64,000 bases of DNA, from the NCBI GenBank assembly GCA_015134335.1, contig CP043975.1, positions 84,350-148,349 of the forward strand, given 5' to 3'. Shown here one piece after another: positions 15,312 through 25,535 of this stretch. Numbering within the stretch: position 1 is the first letter of the stretch; each line of letters begins with the position of its first letter. The stretch is from Candidatus Stammera capleta. Its GTDB lineage: Bacteria; Pseudomonadota; Gammaproteobacteria; Enterobacterales; Enterobacteriaceae. The position numbers were made by a program, and so were the translations under genes. The notes below the pieces were generated by a model that did not search any database, was not told the DNA's origin, and saw nothing but the letters and a program-made list of their open reading frames with translations.

Positions 15312-17076
15312 ATGAAAAACATTAAATTAATTTTTTGAATAATAGTTACATTAATATTATTATATATAATTAACCTTAATATTTATGAACATCCTTATAT
15401 TAATGAAATTAATTATTCTAATTTTTTAATGGATTTAAAAAATAATATTATTAAAAGAATAAGAATTAATAATAAAGAATTAAATATAATAACTAATTAT
15501 GATTATGCATATAAAGTATATATGCCCTTTAAAGATACTAGCTTAATTAATAAATTAATTAAAAAAAATATATTAATAGAAACTAACAATAATAATAATC
15601 ATAATTTTTTAATATCATTAATTATTTCATGATCTCCGATTTTATGTACATTAATTATAATAATATTATTAATAAAATACATTATTAATAATAATTTAAC
15701 ATTATTCAATAATAATAAAGCACAAAAATATAATAAAAATTTTAAAATAAATTTTAAACAAATAGCAGGATGCGAAGAAGTTAAAAATGAAATAACTGAT
15801 ATTATAGAATATTTAAAAAAACCTAAAAAATTTAAAAAATTAGGAGCTAAAATTCCTAAAGGAATATTAATGATAGGTCCTCCTGGAACAGGAAAAACAT
15901 TATTAGCTAAAGCAATAGCCAGGCGAAGCTAAAGTTCCTTTTTTTAATATTTCAGGATCAGATTTTGTTGAAATATTTGTAGGAGTTGGAGCAGCAAGAA
16001 TGAGAGCAATGTTTCAAAAAGCTAAACAATTAGCTCCAAGTATAATATTTATAGATGAAATAGATGCTGTTGGAAAAAAACGATCATCTCATCAATTACA
16101 AAGTAATGATGAAAGAGAACAAACTCTTAATCAAATGTTAGTAGAAATGGATGGTTTTAATAGTCAAAAAACAGTTATAGTTATTGGAGCAACAAATAGA
16201 CCTGAAGTTTTAGACAAAGCTCTACTTAGACCAGGTAGATTCGATAGAAAAATAATAATAAATTTACCAGATTTAAAAGGCCGTTATAAAATACTAAAAA
16301 TACATATAAAAAATATTCCTGTTAAAAAAAATATTGATATTAAAACAATAGCAAAAAGTACTTCTGGATTTTCTGGTGCAGATTTAGCTAATTTAATTAA
16401 TGAAGCAGCATTATTAGCAGCAAAAAAAAATCTTAAAAAAATTACTAATAAAGAATTAGAAAGCTCTAAAGATAAAATAATAATGGGAGCTTCTAGAAAA
16501 TCATTAATAATGAATCAACAACAAAAAGAATTAACAGCATATCATGAATCAGGGCACGCTATTGTAAGTATAATGGTACCATATCATGATCCTATACATA
16601 AAATAACTATTATTCCTCATGGTCAATCATTAGGTACAACTATGTTTTTACCTAAAAATGACAATATACTATTAAAAAAAACATTATTAGAAAGCAAAAT
16701 TTCTGCATTATATGGAGGAAGAATAGCTGAAGAAATAATATACGGATTTGAAAACATTTCTATAGGAGCTAGCAATGACATTAAAATAGCTACATATTTA
16801 GCTCAAAAAATGATAACTAAATGAGGTTTTTCTAAAAAAATAGCACCATTAATATATAATAAAAATATTTTAAATAATAAATATATATATTCAGAATATA
16901 TTAATAAAATAATTGATAAAGAAATACAATATTTAATAAAAAAAAATTATAAAATAGCTAAAAAAATATTAACTAAAAATATCAATTTGTTACATAAAAT
17001 GAAAAAAAAATTAATAAAATATGAAACATTAAACAAAAAACAAATATTTAATTTAATTAAAAAATATTCAATATAA
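15312..17076 (+). CDS. ftsH: ATP-dependent zinc metalloprotease FtsH, interrupted by a +1 frameshift at about 15920/15921
   Basis: Frame 0 (15312-15929) encodes the TM segments and Walker A ([15 protein letters not shown]), then AGG CGA AGC TAA. Frame +1 from 15922 encodes [31 protein letters not shown]...[11 protein letters not shown]...[10 protein letters not shown]...HESGHAIV...W GFS..., ending at TAA 17074-17076. Confidence 0.85.
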
Positions 17077-17196
17077 AAATATTTTATAATAATAAAAAAC
17101 TATAATATAATATATATGTATATTATAGTATGATTATAAAAAATCTAAAATTTTTATAAAATTAAATAAATTTATAAATAAACTTAATATAATATT

Positions 17197-17487
17197 ATGT
17201 ACATCTTTAGTTTAACAATTTTTTTTATTATATCAATTTCACTTATTATATTAATTATAATGTCCCCTAGTAAAAATAATATAGTTGGATCATCAAAAAA
17301 TACTAATACTATACAACAAAATATTAATAATTTAAAATATTTTAAAAATGACATTAATTATAATATAAAAATATTAGCAATACTATTCTTTATAACTAAT
17401 ATAATATTAAATAATATTTATAATAAAAAAACACAAAACTATAAAAATAAAAATTTTATACAACATACAATATTAAAATCTAAATAA
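17197..17487 (+). CDS. secG: preprotein translocase subunit SecG
   Basis: 96-aa two-TM protein (MYIFSLTIFFIISISLIILIIM...). It lies immediately upstream of tRNA-Leu(GAG), as E. coli secG-leuU does. Confidence 0.75.
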   Translation: MYIFSLTIFFIISISLIILIIMSPSKNNIVGSSKNTNTIQQNINNLKYFKNDINYNIKILAILFFITNIILNNIYNKKTQNYKNKNFIQHTILKSK

Positions 17488-17492
17488 AAAAA

Positions 17493-17581
17493 GCCGGGGT
17501 GGTGAAATAGGTAAACACGCTACTTTGAGGAAGTAGTTTCTAATAAAAAATGAATTACGGGTTCAAATCCCGTTCCCGGTA
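17493..17581 (+). tRNA. tRNA-Leu (anticodon GAG), long variable arm
   Basis: GCCGGGGTGGTGAAATAGGTAAACACGCTACTTTGAGGAAGTAG...ACGGGTTCAAATCCCGTTCCCGGTA aligns with E. coli leuU. Anticodon loop is TTGAGGA. Confidence 0.88.
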
Positions 17582-17736
17582 ATAATAAAAATTATATTTT
17601 ATTAATTTTATTTAAAAATTATTAAATTATAATTAAATATTTACAAATTTAATAAAAATTTTTATTAATTTAAATAAATAAAAATATTTTATATAATATA
17701 AAAATTTTTATAAAAAAATAATTTATAATTTTTAAT

Positions 17737-18771
17737 ATGAATAATAATAAAAAAATAATAGAAGTAGCAAATGCTGTTTCTAACGAAAAATCTTTACCTA
17801 AAGAAAAAATTTTTAAATTTTTAGAAAACGCATTAGAAATAGCTATAAAAAAAAAATATAAAAAAAAAATTAATATAAAAATTTATATAAATAGAAAAAA
17901 CGGTATATTAAATACATTTAGAAAATGAAAAATAGTTAAAAAAGTAAAAAATCATAATATAGAAATATGCTATAAACTTACAAAAAATAAAAACACTAAA
18001 ATAGGAAGCTATATAACTAAAAAAATAAAATCTATAAAATTTGACAGAATTACCACTCAAAGAGTTAAACAAATAATCACACAAAAAATTAAATTAGCAA
18101 AACAATTAATTAATTTAAATAAAATTAAAAAAAAAATAGGAAAATTAATAACAGGTTTTATTACAAAAATTAAAAAAAATTATATTCTTATTGATATAGG
18201 ATCTGATTTAGAAGCTATTTTACTTAAATGCAATATGATAAAAACAGAAAAACTTCATAAAGGAAAAAAAATAACAGGTATATTATATAATATCATAAAA
18301 AACAAAAACAATTATAAAATATTTATAACAAGATTAAACAATAAAATTTTAATTGAGCTTCTTAAAAAAGAAATTCCTGAAATTAAAAAAAAAATAATAA
18401 TAATTAAATCAATATCAAGAGAACCAGGAATTAGAACCAAAATTGCAGTAAAAACATACGATAAAAGAATAGACCCTATAGGATCATGTATTGGTATTAG
18501 AGGAATTAGAATACAAAATATATCTCAAAAATTATCAGGAGAAAAAATTGATATAATTTTATGAAAAAAAAATCCTAAAAAATATGTTATAAATGCATTG
18601 GCACCTGCAAAAATAATAAACATTAAAATTAATAAAAAAAATAAAAACATGGATATAATTGTAAAAAACAACAATATAGCAAAAGCAATTGGTAAAAAAG
18701 GTTTAAATATTAAATTAGCATCTTTATTAACTAAATGAAATATAAATATACTAAATAACAAAAAAATATAA
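17737..18771 (+). CDS. nusA: transcription termination/antitermination factor NusA (lacks the C-terminal AR1/AR2 repeats)
   Basis: A single frame through TGA codons at 17926 and 18562. Contains the S1 and KH domains: ...KKEIPEIKKK...[50 protein letters not shown]...AKAIGKKGLNIKLASLLTKW. 344 aa. Confidence 0.9.
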
Positions 18772-18799
18772 AACAAAAAATAATTATTAAATATTATAT

Positions 18800-20503
18800 A
18801 TGAATATTAAAAAAAAAAAATATTTAAAATTTAACAAAAATATTAATAAAAAAAATAATAAAATTAAAAAAAAATTAAAATATAAAAAAAATATTAACTT
18901 AATAAAAAAAAAACAAAAAAACCAAAATATAACTAATAACAAAACTTTTAATAACAATTATTACAAAAAATATAAAAATTTAAAAAAATTAATATTATTA
19001 AAAAGACCTAAAGGTAACTTAATTAAACAAAGACCTCCTATAATTACTATTATGGGACATGTAAATCACGGAAAAACTTCTTTAATAGATTGTATAAAAT
19101 CATCTAAATTAGTAAATGATGAAGTTGGTAACATTACTCAACATATTAATGCATATAATATAATTCATAAATTAGGAAAATTTACTTTATTAGACACCCC
19201 TGGACATGAAACATTTTTTGATATGCGTAAAAGAGGAATTAAATTAGCTGATTTAATAATATTAATAATAGCTATAGATGACGGTATAATGCCACAAACT
19301 ATAGAAATTATTAAATATAACATAAAATTTAAAATTCCAATTATAATTGCAATTAATAAAATTGATAAAATAAATTATTTAAATAACATTAAAACAATTA
19401 AACAAAAATTACAATTTTATAATATATTACCAAAAAAATTAGGTGGTAATAATATTTTTGTAAAAATATCTACTAAAAAAAATTTAGGTATAAATAAATT
19501 AATTAATTCTATATTTAACATTTCCTTTAATTTAAAATTAAAAACAAACATAAACCAAATGGCTGAAGGAATAATATTAGATTCAAGTATAAACAAAAAT
19601 ATTGGATTTATTTCAAAAATATTAATTAAAAAAGGAACATTAAAGATAAATGATATCATATTATGTGATGATAGTTATGGAAAAATAAAAAATATATGAA
19701 ACGATAACAATATAAAAATATATTCAGCATCACCTTCAATGGCAATTACTATTTCTGGAATAAACAAACAAACAAAATTAGGAAAAAAATTTATTATAAT
19801 AAACAATTTAAAAGAAGCAAAAAAATTATCTAATATAAAATTAATAATTAATAAAGAAAAAAAATGAAACAATATAACAAATAATAATTTAAATAATTTT
19901 AAAACATTAAAACCCCAGAATAATAAATTAAATATTTTATTAAAAACTAATTCTATTAGTATAATTAAAACTTTAAAATATTTTATTAAAAAAAATATGA
20001 ATAAAAAAATACATATAACCTATTATAATATAGGAGATATAAATGAAAATGATATTTTATATGCAAAAACAACTAATTCTATTATTATAACATTTAATAT
20101 AAATATTAATAATAATATAAAAAAAATAAACCAAAATAATATTAAAATATATAATTTTAATATAATATATAAATTAATTAATAAATTAAATAAATTATAT
20201 TCAAAAAAAATAATAAATAAATCAAATCCTATAATATTAGGCAAAGCTATTATACAAGATATATTTAAAATTTCTAAATTAGATTGTATAGCAGGATGTA
20301 AAATTATAGAAGGATTTATTAATATAAAAAATAAAATTCAAATTATAAGAAATAATAATAAAATTTATCAAGGAACAATTAAATCATTACAAAAATTTAA
20401 AGAAAAAATTAATATTATACACAAAAATTCAGAATGTGGAATACATATAAAAAATTTTAATAATATAAAAATAAATGATCAAATTATTTCTATTAATGAA
20501 TAA
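18800..20503 (+). CDS. infB: translation initiation factor IF-2 (shortened N-terminus)
   Basis: G domain: IMGHVNHGKTSLID, DTPGHETF, INKIDK. Track ORFs 18800..19699 and 19997..20503 are in the same frame, joined through TGA codons. Confidence 0.9.
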
Positions 20504-20505
20504 TA

Positions 20506-20868
20506 ATGAAAATTGTTAAATATAATAAAATATACAAAGAAATACTTAAAAATATAATTAATATAATAATGAAAAAATATAATTATTTATTTAAAAAATA
20601 TATTTTGAACATAGATTTTATGTATATAAATAAAAATTTTTCTAAATTATATATTTACACTAATATAAATAATAATTATTTTAATAATAAAAAATTAAAT
20701 TATCAAAAAAATATTATTAAAATTTTAAATAACTCAAAAAATTATATAAAAAAATTATTATATAAAAAAACATTTTTAAATAAAATTCCTAAAATTTACT
20801 TTAAAATAGATAATTTTTATAATAAAAATAAAAAATTGTTTAATATATTAAATAAAATTAATAAATAA
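20506..20868 (+). CDS. rbfA: ribosome-binding factor A
   Basis: 120-aa ORF between infB and truB, which is the conserved position. It shows a weak RbfA pattern (...NKIPKIYFKID...). Confidence 0.75.
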   Translation: MKIVKYNKIYKEILKNIINIIMKKYNYLFKKYILNIDFMYINKNFSKLYIYTNINNNYFNNKKLNYQKNIIKILNNSKNYIKKLLYKKTFLNKIPKIYFKIDNFYNKNKKLFNILNKINK

Positions 20869-20873
20869 AATAT

Positions 20874-21599
20874 ATGTTATATAATAAAAAAATTAACGGA
20901 CTACTTTTATTAAACAAACCTAAAGGAATAACTTCTAATAATATATTACAAAAAATTAAATATATAACTAAAAGCTATAAAACAGGATTTATAGGAACAT
21001 TAGATCCATTAGCAACTGGAATTCTATTAATATGTTTTGGAAAAACAACAAAATTATCTAAATTTATAATTAATGAAAAAAAAACATATAAAGTAACATT
21101 TATTTTAGGTTATACAACCAACACATATGACTCATATGGCTTTATTACAAAAAAATATAAAATTAAAACTAATAAATATAATATATATGATGTAATTAAT
21201 AATTACAAAGGAAAAATAAAACAAAAAATACCAACATATTCAGCATGTAAATATAAAGGAAAACCATTATATAAATATGCAATTAAAGGAATAAAAATTA
21301 AAAAATATAAATATATTTATATTTATAAAATAAAAATTATTAAAATTAATAAAAATATTATTAAATTAAAAATTAAATGTTCTAAAGGTACATATATAAG
21401 AAGTATAATACACGATATTGGAAAAATATTAAATACAGGAGCATATATCATATCACTAAAAAGAACTAAAATAGGAAAATTTAAAATTAAACATTCTTAT
21501 ACTATACAAAAAATAAAACAAAATATAAAAAATAATAAAAATATTATTTTAGATCATAATATTATAAAATATAATTATATTATTAATAATAATTTTTAA
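20874..21599 (+). CDS. truB: tRNA pseudouridine-55 synthase TruB
   Basis: GLLLLNKPKGITSNNILQKIK...KTGFIGTLDPLATGILLICFGKTTK (catalytic Asp motif). Confidence 0.9.
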   Translation: MLYNKKINGLLLLNKPKGITSNNILQKIKYITKSYKTGFIGTLDPLATGILLICFGKTTKLSKFIINEKKTYKVTFILGYTTNTYDSYGFITKKYKIKTNKYNIYDVINNYKGKIKQKIPTYSACKYKGKPLYKYAIKGIKIKKYKYIYIYKIKIIKINKNIIKLKIKCSKGTYIRSIIHDIGKILNTGAYIISLKRTKIGKFKIKHSYTIQKIKQNIKNNKNIILDHNIIKYNYIINNNF

Positions 21600-21607
21600 T
21601 TTATACA

Positions 21608-22318
21608 ATGCAAAAATTAGTTATTATAAGACATGGAACTAGTGTTTGAAATATTAAAAATATATTTACTGGATGAATAGATATTAAATTATCTAAAAAA
21701 GGAATTAAAGAAGCAAAAAAAGCAGGAAAACTATTTAATAAATATAAATTTAATTTTGATATAACATATACCTCTTTTCTTAAAAGAGCTATACATACAG
21801 CATGATATATACTATGTAAATTAAATTTAATATGAACTCCAATTATTAAAACATGAAAATTAAATGAACGACATTATGGAGCTTTACAGGGTAAAAATAA
21901 AAACGAAATTTTACTAAAATATGGAGAAAAACAATTCATTAAATGAAGAAGAAGTTATACAACTAAACCCCCTTTAATAAAAAAAATAGATAAAAATTAT
22001 ACAGAAAATGAATTTAAATATAAAAATTTAATATCAATTCCTTTAGGTGAAAGTTTATTAGATACATATAATAGAGTAATACCATATTGGAAAAAAATAA
22101 TATATAAAAACATTTTAAAAAATAAATGTATACTTATAGTTGCTCATGGTAATTCATTAAGAGCTTTAATAAAATATATTGAACAAATATCAGATAATAA
22201 TATTATAAAACACGAAATTCCTACCGCAACACCATATATATATGAATATAATATACCTAATATTTATTACAAAAATAATTATTTAATTAATATAAAAAAA
22301 AAATATTATCTAAAATAA
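21608..22318 (+). CDS. gpmA: 2,3-bisphosphoglycerate-dependent phosphoglycerate mutase
   Basis: [29 protein letters not shown]...[11 protein letters not shown]...[13 protein letters not shown]...[12 protein letters not shown], collinear with E. coli GpmA. It has seven TGA=Trp codons plus one TGG (22088-22090), so it is absent from the standard-code track. Confidence 0.9.
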
Positions 22319-22333
22319 ATTATTATATTAATA

Positions 22334-22405
22334 TGGCCCCTATTGGACTCGAACCAACGACCAAGCGATTATGAGTCGCCTGCTCTACCACTGAGCTAAA
22401 GGGCC
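22334..22405 (-). tRNA. tRNA-Ile2 (anticodon CAT, presumably lysidine-modified)
   Basis: The reverse complement GGCCCTTTAGCTCAGTGGTAGAGCAGGCGACTCATAATCGCTTGGTCGTTGGTTCGAGTCCAATAGGGGCCA is near-identical to E. coli ileX rather than to Met or fMet tRNAs. tilS is present in this window. Confidence 0.8.
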
Positions 22406-22450
22406 ATTAAATAAATTTATAATATCAAAATTATATTATAAAAACAATAT

Positions 22451-23086
22451 TTATTTTTTATTATTATTCTTTTTGTATTTTAAAACTTTAACCATTGTTG
22501 GTCTTAATAATCTGTCATGAATTATATAACCATGTTGTAAAATTTCAATAATTTTATTATCTTCTTTTTTATTATAAGTATAAACTATAGACATAGCTTG
22601 ATGATAATTAGGATCAAATTTATCTATATCATTACATAGTTTTTTTATACCAAATTTATCTAAAATAGATATAAAATTTTTTAATGTTAATTTAATCCCT
22701 TTATAATTAATTAAATAATTAACTTTATCATTTTTACTAATTTTAATAGCTGATTCTAAATTATCTAAAATATTTATTAAATCTTTAGAAAATTTTTCTA
22801 AAGAATATTTATATATTTTATTAATATTAATTTCATTAGATTTTCTTAAATTATCAATACTAGCATTAAATCTTAATTCTTTATCAATTATCTTTTTTTT
22901 TAAATATTTTATTTTAGATTTTAATTTAATAATTTTAATATTTTTATTTTTAATTTTTTTTTTTAAATTAACTAAATCTTTATTTAAATTTTTTATATGA
23001 ATATTTTCACAACAAAAATCATTATTTATTTCATTATTTAATTTTTTTTTAATATTATCTTTTTCTTTTATATCTTTTTTAATCAT
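22451..23086 (-). CDS. grpE: nucleotide exchange factor GrpE
   Basis: 211-aa ORF: ...KYSLEKFSKDLINILDNLE...FDPNYHQAMS...GYIIHDRLLRPTMVKV. Confidence 0.88.
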   Translation of the reverse strand: MIKKDIKEKDNIKKKLNNEINNDFCCENIHIKNLNKDLVNLKKKIKNKNIKIIKLKSKIKYLKKKIIDKELRFNASIDNLRKSNEININKIYKYSLEKFSKDLINILDNLESAIKISKNDKVNYLINYKGIKLTLKNFISILDKFGIKKLCNDIDKFDPNYHQAMSIVYTYNKKEDNKIIEILQHGYIIHDRLLRPTMVKVLKYKKNNNKK

Positions 23087-23192
23087 ATTAAATTATTCCT
23101 TATAAAAATTTTATTTTAAATAAACTATTTACTTAACTATTATAATACTATAATAAATAAAACTTTTATATAAAAACTACTTATTTATTAAA

Positions 23193-23600
23193 ATGAATAA
23201 AAAAAAAATTATATATAACAAATATATTAAAAAACACTATATTATTAAACAAAAATTTAAAACAGGAATTGTCCTTAAAGGATGAGAAGTTAAATCTATA
23301 TTTATTAATAATATAGATATTAAAAACAGTTACATAAAAATAAATAAAAAAAAAGAAATATATTTAATTAACTCTAATATTTTTAATAATTTTAAAAACA
23401 AAAAAAGACATATTAAACTTTTACTTAAAAAAAAAGAAATTAAATATTTATATAATAAATCTTTAAACAAAGGTTATACAATAATGTTATTATCTATAAT
23501 TATTAAAAAACCATGATATAAATGTATAATTGCTTTATGCAAAGGATTAAAATTATACAATAAAAAAGATAAAATAAAATATAAAACATGAAATATATAA
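23193..23600 (+). CDS. smpB: SsrA-binding protein SmpB
   Basis: ...KFKTGIVLKGW(TGA 23283-23285)EVKSI...HIKLLLKKKEIKYL...KGYTIMLLSII...PW YKCIIALCKG. Followed by ssrA as in E. coli. Confidence 0.88.
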
Positions 23601-23661
23601 ATTAATTATTGACTTTATTTTTACTAAAGAATAAAATATATTATATATGTAAAAATTAAAT

Positions 23662-24014
23662 GGGGTTGTTTGGTTTTGACAAAATATATAAGTTCTAATG
23701 TGCATGTCGAGGTAACGGTAGGCCGCGTTAAAAACCGTAAATTTAGTTGCAAATAACAACATAAATTATGCTTTAGCAGCTTAAACTGTATAAAGCCGTT
23801 TTTATATATTATTTTTACTCTTTATAAATATAAAAATGTCATTTAAAAGAGAAAAAGTTATAAACGTCTATATTTATAACTAATAATTTCAATAGACTAA
23901 TTAATTATTAATTTTGTTTATTTAAAATAATTAATAAAATATTAAAATAAAACAAACATGTAGTAACAAAAGAATAAATAATTTTGGAAGCGGGTTCAAC
24001 TCCCGCCAACTCCA
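23662..24014 (+). ncRNA. ssrA: tmRNA (SsrA)
   Basis: The 5' end GGGGTTGTTTGGTTTTGAC...GTGCATGTCGAGG and the 3' end GGAAGCGGGTTCAACTCCCGCCAACTCCA match E. coli ssrA. The tag reading frame at 23749-23784, GCA AAT AAC AAC ATA AAT TAT GCT TTA GCA GCT TAA, encodes ANNNINYALAA. Confidence 0.92.
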
Positions 24015-24022
24015 TTATTTAA

Positions 24023-24094
24023 AGGTGATTAACTCAGAGGTAGAGTATCTCTTTTACAAGGAGAAGGTCGATGGTTCAATTCCATCATCACCTA
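24023..24094 (+). tRNA. tRNA-Val (anticodon TAC)
   Basis: AGGTGATTAACTCAGAGGTAGAGTATCTCTTTTACAAGGAGAAGGTCGATGGTTCAATTCCATCATCACCTA aligns with E. coli tRNA-Val(UAC). Confidence 0.9.
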
Positions 24095-25462
24095 TTTAAA
24101 TTTTTTTAACTGTTTATTAATTTCAAATATATCTTTATAAGATAACTTAGTAAAATTCTTTTCATAAATATACATTAAACTTGCTACACTAACCTCCAAC
24201 AAATTTTTCTTAGAAAAATTCAAAATTTTATTTAAAAAAAAATTTTTATAAAATTTATTTATAAAATTATTTTTTATAAAATATCTACTTAAAATACTAA
24301 ATAATTTTTCAATTCTAATAATTATTAATTTATTAATTTTAGGAATTGATATTTTTTTTATATTAGAAAAAACTTTTTTTAATTTAAATAAAAAAAAATT
24401 ATCCTTTTTATAATCAACTAATAAAATAGCTTTTCCTATATTATCTGCTCTACCTGTTCTACCAATACGGTGAATATATGAATTAATATCATAAGGAATA
24501 TCATAATTTATAATTAAATTAACATTATTAATATCTAATCCTCTTGATGCAATATCAGTAGCTATCAAAATATGTATGTAACCATTACGAAAATTATATA
24601 CAATTTTTTCTCTTAAATTTTGATTCATATCTCCATTTAAAGCAGAACAATTATATCCTTTTTTTTCTATTAAAGATGATAATTTTAAACTAAAATCTTT
24701 TGTTTTTACAAAAATAATTAATCTTAAGTATTTTTCTGATTCTAAAAATTTAAATAAAGTATCTAACTTGTTTTTATAATTAATATAACAAAAATATTGA
24801 ATAATATTTACATTATTATCTTTATTTAAAATAATTTCTTTAATAGGAGCCTTCATTATAGATTTAGTAATCTGTTTAATCTCATTAGGCATAGTAGCAG
24901 AGAATAAAGCTGTTTGATGAGTAACTAAAATTTTATTAATAATAAATTTAACATCATTTATAAAACCCATATGTAACATTTCATCTGCTTCATCTATTAT
25001 TAATATTTTAATATTAGAAATATCTATAGTTTTTCTATTAATATGATCGATTAATCTACCTGGAGTAGCAACTATTATATGAGGTTGTGTTCGTAAATTT
25101 CTAAATTGTATACAATATGATTGACCTCCATAAAGAGATACTATTTTTGTATTATTTAAATATTTAGAAAACACATTAAAAAAATTAGTAATTTGTATAA
25201 CCAACTCTCTAGTTGGAGATAATACCAAAGATTGCAATTTATAATTAGAATTAATATTATTTAAAATAGGTAAAACAAAAGCTGCAGTTTTTCCACTACC
25301 AGTCTTAGCTATAGCTAACACATCTTTTCCTTTTAATAATTCAGGAATACATTTACACTGTATACTAGTAGGGCTATTATAACCTATTTCATAAATAACT
25401 TTTAATAATTCTTTTTTTAAATTAAATATTCTAAAATTTAAATTAGAAACATGTGACTTCAT
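24092..25462 (-). CDS. deaD: DEAD-box ATP-dependent RNA helicase (DeaD/CsdA by synteny with pnp)
   Basis: 456 aa with AKTGSGKTAAF, PTRELV, DEADEM, SAT and HRIGRTGR. It lies downstream of rpsO-pnp as in E. coli, with nlpI missing. The TAG stop at 24092-24094 overlaps the tRNA-Val 3' end. Confidence 0.85.
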   Translation of the reverse strand: MKSHVSNLNFRIFNLKKELLKVIYEIGYNSPTSIQCKCIPELLKGKDVLAIAKTGSGKTAAFVLPILNNINSNYKLQSLVLSPTRELVIQITNFFNVFSKYLNNTKIVSLYGGQSYCIQFRNLRTQPHIIVATPGRLIDHINRKTIDISNIKILIIDEADEMLHMGFINDVKFIINKILVTHQTALFSATMPNEIKQITKSIMKAPIKEIILNKDNNVNIIQYFCYINYKNKLDTLFKFLESEKYLRLIIFVKTKDFSLKLSSLIEKKGYNCSALNGDMNQNLREKIVYNFRNGYIHILIATDIASRGLDINNVNLIINYDIPYDINSYIHRIGRTGRADNIGKAILLVDYKKDNFFLFKLKKVFSNIKKISIPKINKLIIIRIEKLFSILSRYFIKNNFINKFYKNFFLNKILNFSKKNLLEVSVASLMYIYEKNFTKLSYKDIFEINKQLKKFK

Positions 25463-25535
25463 ATATTATATACCATTGTAATAAAATTTAATAAATATTT
25501 ATTTATTATAAAATAATAATTAATTATTAAATTTA

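Noticed and set aside
12150-20244. Hydrophobic F/I/L-rich ORFs lie antisense to real genes: 12150..12347, 14703..15044, 18525..18776, 19417..19659, 19675..19872, 20023..20244, and also 29749..29997, 47757..48029, 47882..48103, 48397..48603 and 53657..53857.
   Set aside because: They are mirror images of Lys/Asn/Ile-rich coding strands, because AAA, AAT and ATT read backwards give TTT, ATT and AAT. They have no homology or motifs, and each overlaps a well-supported gene.
22334-22405. The CAT-anticodon tRNA could be elongator tRNA-Met or initiator tRNA-fMet.
   Set aside because: The anticodon arm and most of the body match E. coli ileX (GCAGGCGACTCATAATCGCTTGG). It lacks the initiator features (C1:A72 mismatch, three G:C pairs in the anticodon stem). 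I call it Ile2 and flag the remaining uncertainty.
23553-23762. A 69-aa minus-strand ORF between smpB and tRNA-Val.
   Set aside because: It overlaps the smpB 3' end and the 5' third of the tmRNA gene. The tmRNA identity is unambiguous: acceptor and T-arm mimic plus the ANNNINYALAA tag frame.
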